From the human T2T-CHM13v2.0 reference genome, Homo sapiens: a stretch of DNA of 64,000 nucleotides. Both the position numbers and the translations under genes were made by a program. This document shows positions 58,182-64,000 of the stretch, in pieces. The notes beneath the pieces were generated by a model. It was not told where the DNA came from. It ran no database searches and saw only the letters and a program-made list of their open reading frames with translations. The DNA lies in NCBI RefSeq assembly GCF_009914755.1, contig NC_060943.1. One strand, 5' to 3'. The stretch's first letter is position 1. The number at the start of each line of letters is the position of its first letter.

Positions 58182-60363
58182 GTAGGAACAGAAAGCAGTG
58201 CTTTCTGTACATGGACCCTTGAAGGGGCTGTAGTCCTCATGAGGGCAGCAATCAATGCATTCCTAGCTACTGGCACAGTGACTAGCACAGAGTAGGTCCT
58301 CAAGATATTGTAGAATAGTGAATGAAGGGATGAAATAACAGACAGATGGATGAATGGATGAACAAATGAATGAAGTAAACAACTCTTCAAGCTTGACGAG
58401 CTCGGCTATTGATGGAGACCCGAGAGCCGTGATTCTGGCCCTGGTGGTCAGAAAGGGTTAATAGATCTTGGGAGTATTAGCTGGACACTGAGAAAGTGGT
58501 TCTCTCACTCAGGGAAACTGCCCATTGGCTCAGGGTGGGATGCTACTGCTTGGGGTTACCAAGCCTTTTATGCATCTAGAATCAACAGTCAGCCCTGGCC
58601 AACCACAATCCCTGTGTGTTCCAAGCAACCCAGTCTCATCCCTGCTACTTTTCTCATCTCCAACGCTGCATCTTCCTATCTCCCCTGATGTCCTTCCCTC
58701 CTGCCCTCCTATCCATCATTCCAGGCCCATGTTAAGCCTCACATCCCCCAGCAAGTCTGGGCTCCACCTCCTGTATCCTGCTGCAAGTGGTGAGCAGCAG
58801 CTGGAAGGACCTCCTCTCCCCTGCTCCTTGTGGGACTCAGGCAGATAACGCCTCTTAGCTGTCGTGTTATTTACACTTTCAAATCCCCCAGCAGCGGGAG
58901 GATAAGGGATCAGTGGTAAGAAAGCTGTTAGTGAAGGTGCTGTGTGTTTAGTCTGGGTGTAGTGGAAAGTGTGGCTCCCCCGATGGCCCTGCGGTTACGC
59001 TTTCTTTCCCTGCGGTGCTACAGCACTCCTGATTAAATAAAAGTGTGTGACTCTCTCTCCACATGGATATATATCTATGCAAAGTACAGTTCAGAGAATG
59101 TGTGAAGACCCTGGAGACACAGCCCAAAATGCCCTCCAGCTTCTCTCTGCCAATCCATGTCCAGCCTTCGGGATTAGCTCTCTTTTTCTGTTCTTTAATA
59201 AAGCCTTCCAGAGCAACACAGGTCTCCCTCCTCCCTGATTCATCATCATTTCTCAAGTCTGCACCTTGCAGAACTTTCCTCTTTGTTTGTATGTTCTAAT
59301 TTAGCCTTCTGCAGCTTAGGAAATTGTCTTTTCTCTCAGATCAAAACTACTTTAGAGACAGTCTTGGTTGGGTGTGGTGGCTCACGCCTGCAATCCCTGC
59401 ACTTTGGGAGGCCGAGGCAGGAGAATTGCTTGAGGCCAGGAGTTCAAGACCAGCCTAGGAAACATAGCCAGACCCCCTCTCTACAAAAATACTTAAAAAT
59501 TAGCTGGGCATGTTGGTATGTGCCTCTAGTCCCAGCTACTTGGGAGGCTGAGGTGGGAGGATTGCTTGAGCCCAGCAGGCAAGTGTCTCACTCTGTTGCC
59601 CTGGCTGGAATTCAGTGGCCATGATTGTGCCACTGCACTCCAGCCTGGGCAACAGAACTTGCCACTCAAAAAAAAAAAGAAAAAGAAAAAGAAGAAAAGA
59701 AGATACAGTCTTAAGCATTTTGAGAAGGCCCAAGAAATAGGCTAAGTTGATTCATTTTCAGCTTTTCAGCAATCTTGACGTTGGTAGGAACAGAAAGTGC
59801 TTTCTGTACATGGACACTTAAAGGGACTGTAATCCTCATGAGGGCAGCAACCAATGTATTTCTAGGTCCTGGCACAGTGCCTGGCACAGAGTAGATTCTC
59901 AAAATATTGTAGAATACTGAATGAAGGGATGAATAGTAGATGGATGGATGAATGGATGGATGAACAGATGAACAAATGAATGAAGTAAACAACTCTTCAA
60001 GCTTGACAAGCTCGGCTATTGATGGAGACCCTAGAGCCATGACTGTGGCCCTGGTGGTCAGAAAGGGTTAATAGATCTTGGGAGTATTAGCTGGGCACTG
60101 AGAAAGTGGTTCTCTCATCCAGGGAAGCTGCCCATTGGCTCAGGGTGGGATGCCACTGCTTGGGGTTACCAAGCCTTTTATGCATCTAGAATCAACAGCC
60201 AGCCCCAGCCAACCATAAGCCTTCTGTCTCAAGCAGCCCAGTCTCATCCCTGCTATCTTTCTCATCTCCAACTCTGCATCTTCCCATCTCCCCTGATGAC
60301 CTTCCCTCCTGCCCTCCTACCCGTCATTTCAGGGCTGTGTCAAGCCTCACGTCCCCCAACAAG
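58182..60363 (+). repeat. Direct non-tandem duplication, about 575 bp (58182-58755 and 59784-60363), including an L2 tail
   Basis: Long shared runs such as ccctggtggtcagaaagggttaatagatcttgggagtattagctgg and ggttaccaagcctttt. Confidence 0.95.
59368..59702 (+). mobile_element. AluJ with an internal inverted copy of its own 3' end
   Basis: Dimer whose right arm carries antisense Alu sequence at 59585-59619. Confidence 0.9.
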
Positions 60364-63300
60364 CCTTTCCTGTTGACACTAGGTAATACAAGTCTTCTCC
60401 CACTTGATGTCCAAGGAACTTTCATTGTCTGTACCACATAACTTGATGTCTGAAATATCAGTATTTGTCACACTGCAGTGGAAAGGTGTTTGAGCTAATA
60501 TTTTCTTTTATCCCAGAAACATACACTGAGCTCATACGTATCAGTCAATCAGACAAGATCCTCTATATACTTCCTCTAATCCCCCAATCACCCCTGCCCT
60601 CCTGGAGCTTACACTTAGTCTGTTTGGATCCCACCTCTGCCACTTAATAGCTATGTATATTTGGGCAAGTTACAAGCTATTTCTAAGACTGAGTTTTATC
60701 ATCCGTAACATCTAGCTGACAACAACTTCTCTGAAACAGGTTGCCCAAGTCTCGTTAATGTGAATACCCTCTGCTTATCCTGGTTCCGTCGCTGGATGGA
60801 AGAAATTTTGATGGACAACTAGGTTGCTTCATTGTTCTATAGAGGCAAAAAGGGGAGTGGAAATCCCATAAATGGGGCCCAGCATGCGCTGGTTAGTGAG
60901 AATGTGCTGCCACCATGTTCTATTGCATGTTAGTCACGTAAGTCCTAAGGTCAACCTTCTGGAGAGGAAGACAAATGAATTCAGAATCAGGTGGACAAAT
61001 GCATGTAACTGAAGGAGTAACTGACATAAGAGCACCTTTTGAAAATCAACTCAAAAAGCCATGGAGTTTCCTTCCTTCCTTCTTTTTCTGCCTTCCTTTC
61101 CCCTTCTGGTACTTGATATAATTTCCACTATTGACTATCATTTTTAAAAAGGCTCTCCTGGCCAGCCAACTTCTAGAGGATGGTCATAAGCTGGTAAGCA
61201 ATGAAGCAACTGTACCTTCTGGAAATTAATTACAGGTTCAACACAGCCTGCTTTTTGCCCACCTGTAAAATAGTGTGTGGATGGAGAGTACCATGAGTAT
61301 TGCATAGTATTTAATATGCAGTCTTGTAGTCCAAGAAACACTTGTCAACATTATGTAATAATCTATGATCAAAAACTAAAACTTGTCAACTTCAAGAATC
61401 AGTTGCATTCTAACTCTACAACTGAAACTCATTTAAAAGTATATGAAAATCATGAGGAAGAGATTCAATTAAAATTAATTGAAAGTATGGAAAAATGATT
61501 TGCAGTGATATAAATCAGTACTTATTGCTTACTTTAGCTTATTCTATAAGGGACTCTCTAAGAACAACTAAAAAGATTTCTAAATGTGTAAAGGACAAAT
61601 AACATGACTCTGTCCACACATATCTTGAAGATTTAAGAGGAGCTATGATACCTTTTTCCTTCTAGATCCTCAACCAGCCTTTCCCATCATTGCTACTTTT
61701 CTGGACTGAGAGACATAGCAGAAATCCAATTGCAAAGATTTTTCTTTTTATTTTTTTAACTTTTGAGTGTGCATGCAATTTCACTGATAGCAGGATCTCA
61801 GCAGAGAAATTAACTTCAATAATCTATGGATTACAAGACATATCAAACCTTCAAAGCAGTCCAATGTTAGATCTATTCTCAGAAGGGTTTAAATGGCTTT
61901 AATAGTTAACAACAAATGATAGAATGCATTTTCCCAACTAAATCAAGATCAGTTGGTATTACTCTCCCATTCTCCGAGCCACTTAATTATGGCAAGCATG
62001 GTCTCCATCACCCATGGTGAAGCCCTTGAAGTGCTCATCCCCCGGGGGTGCCTGGTTTTGCTTCCTGGCCTAGCAGACATGGCAGGATCCAGGCAATACT
62101 GAAGGGCCTGGTTAGACTGTCCTGGGCAGCCTGCTCCAGCATGCCATCACTCATACCCTTCATTGTCAGTCGAACTATTGATCTTCAGCCTCCTAAACTG
62201 GAGACTTCATTCCCTGAAAGGATTAACAAGGACATGTTTTAGGTGGCAGACTTCTGGGGAAAAGCTCCATCCCTGGAAGACTGGCCATGGGAGTGGTGCT
62301 TGCAGAGCTAAACGAGTCGAGGCATGCTTTATGAGAGACGAGGGAGAAGCCCGGAGCCTGCATGCATGCAAACCCTTTCTGACCTGCTTATTCCCCATTA
62401 AATTTGCAGCCTGTAGCAGTGCTCAGTCTGAGGTCCAGAAGGTTAAGTTGAAGTTGCTTCTGTAATTGGTGCATTAAAAAGGCACTTCTGTTTACTAACG
62501 TCTTGCAATCAGTTGGTGCATGCATGGCCTTGCCACTTGTGGCACTCTTCTTCCTCTTGTGGGAGTCCCTCTAGATCTCATAGGCCCCAGCTGCAAAGTG
62601 CACTCAGTCTTCATCCCAGAGCAACACGTGGCTTCCCAGTGAGCTCCCTCAGGCGGCAGCTGTGCTTTGAATCACAGATGCACCTGCTGGGCTGGAGGTC
62701 ACATTGTTAGGCGCTGATCTTTACTGGCTCATATGGTGGTCTGGGGTCATTTTGGCAGACAGCACCCTAGCAGAAAAAGCAGAGTGTTCTGTCACCTAAC
62801 TGTTGAGCATCACCACGGCAGTGGCATGCCAGGTACAGCCCTGAGCCCAGAGTCTCTTTAGATACATATGTGGTCATGACTGCATTAGTAGGAATTGAGG
62901 GTCCTGATCACCATGGTCAGTGAGGGGGACAAGGTCCTACCTGTTTGGCCCCAGTTGACCCCTTTGAGGAGGAGATTGGCAGACTAAGGCCAGCCAATGG
63001 GGAGAAGCAAGAGGATGGGAGGTCCTGAAGCACATGAGGTGGCAGTTTCCCTGTGTGAGGGGACCACTCACACAGGGAGTTGCACACAAACATCATGGGA
63101 AATGCATTCCTGTTTCCATTTTTTTTCTAATTTTTCTGATCCAAACCAAGAAGAAAGTATCAGTTTGGTGCTGCTCTGCCTTTAACACCTCTCCAACATT
63201 TGCTCATCACAGTTTTTAACCCAGAGAGAGAAGGTCTTAGGCCCAGAACCTTTTCAGGCAATTGCTTCTAGCTGGTGTTTAATAACACTCTCATGTTTTC

Positions 63301-64000
63301 ATTGTTTTATTTGTGTGAATATTTTCTAATTATGTTGAGTACTCCTGGGCTTCCGTTTATGGTTCAGTTATAGAGCTTCCTTTTGGAATAAATTTTCTTA
63401 AAAAATAAAAAAGAATTAGTTATTTTTTTAAGTAAGGAAATAATAGTACAGGTGACATGCGAATATGGCAAGCGTCATAGAAGCATTCTAAAGACAAGCA
63501 TGTTTTGGAAACATTGGGATGTGAGGTGTGGCCAAAAGAATAGAGCTATTCAGACTTGGTGAAAGGGAGCTGGGGTGTTTCTGAATGTGCTGGAGAATCC
63601 CCAAGAGACCTGAGAAGAGGGATTTAGAGAAAGTTAGAGGACATTAGATTTTGGTTCTCAATAGGAAGGAACCTCCTATTAATTATCACCTTCCAACCCT
63701 AGGGCCATGCTTGGGAGGGCTCTTTGCATCGGTTACCACCATCTGTATTTGCATCTGCTCTTTGTGTTGGTTGCAACCATCTGCATGGTTTCCATGGAAG
63801 AAAGGCTCTGCATTGCCCGAGGTCCCTCTGATTCCAGGATTCTGTGCCCTAGACCCTCTGTTGGCTCTTACAGGCCATGAAAGGCAGCGATGTTGACTCT
63901 TCCTGCTGGAGATAGCAACAATAGAGCCACACTTTGGTTTAAGAGGTTGCTTGAACAATGAGAAGAGGGTTTTCTTTTCTTTTGATTATTTTCTTTTGAA

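Overview
This window is primate (almost certainly human) genomic DNA, not prokaryotic. It holds the 3' end of the C2H2 zinc-finger repressor gene ZNF536 on the + strand. Three coding exons are visible: 9399-9551, 22496-24067 and an 8-nt coding stub at 31709-31716. A ~0.9 kb 3'UTR and poly(A) signal follow, then ~31 kb of non-coding DNA. The rest is Alu/L1/L2/MIR/MER/LTR repeats, two minisatellites, two local non-tandem duplications and AT-rich repeat-poor blocks. Nearly all ORF-track entries are spurious. The most striking observation is the splice architecture. Each of the last two exons begins with a copy of the 5' splice site that opens the preceding intron (CAG|GTGAGAA and CAG|GTAAGT), so each splice regenerates a donor, as at recursive splice sites. 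All routes are phase 1 and end in near-identical G(E)K peptides, and intron read-through has its own poly(A) signal. Gene identity and repeat subfamilies are from recognition of the sequence, not from database searches.
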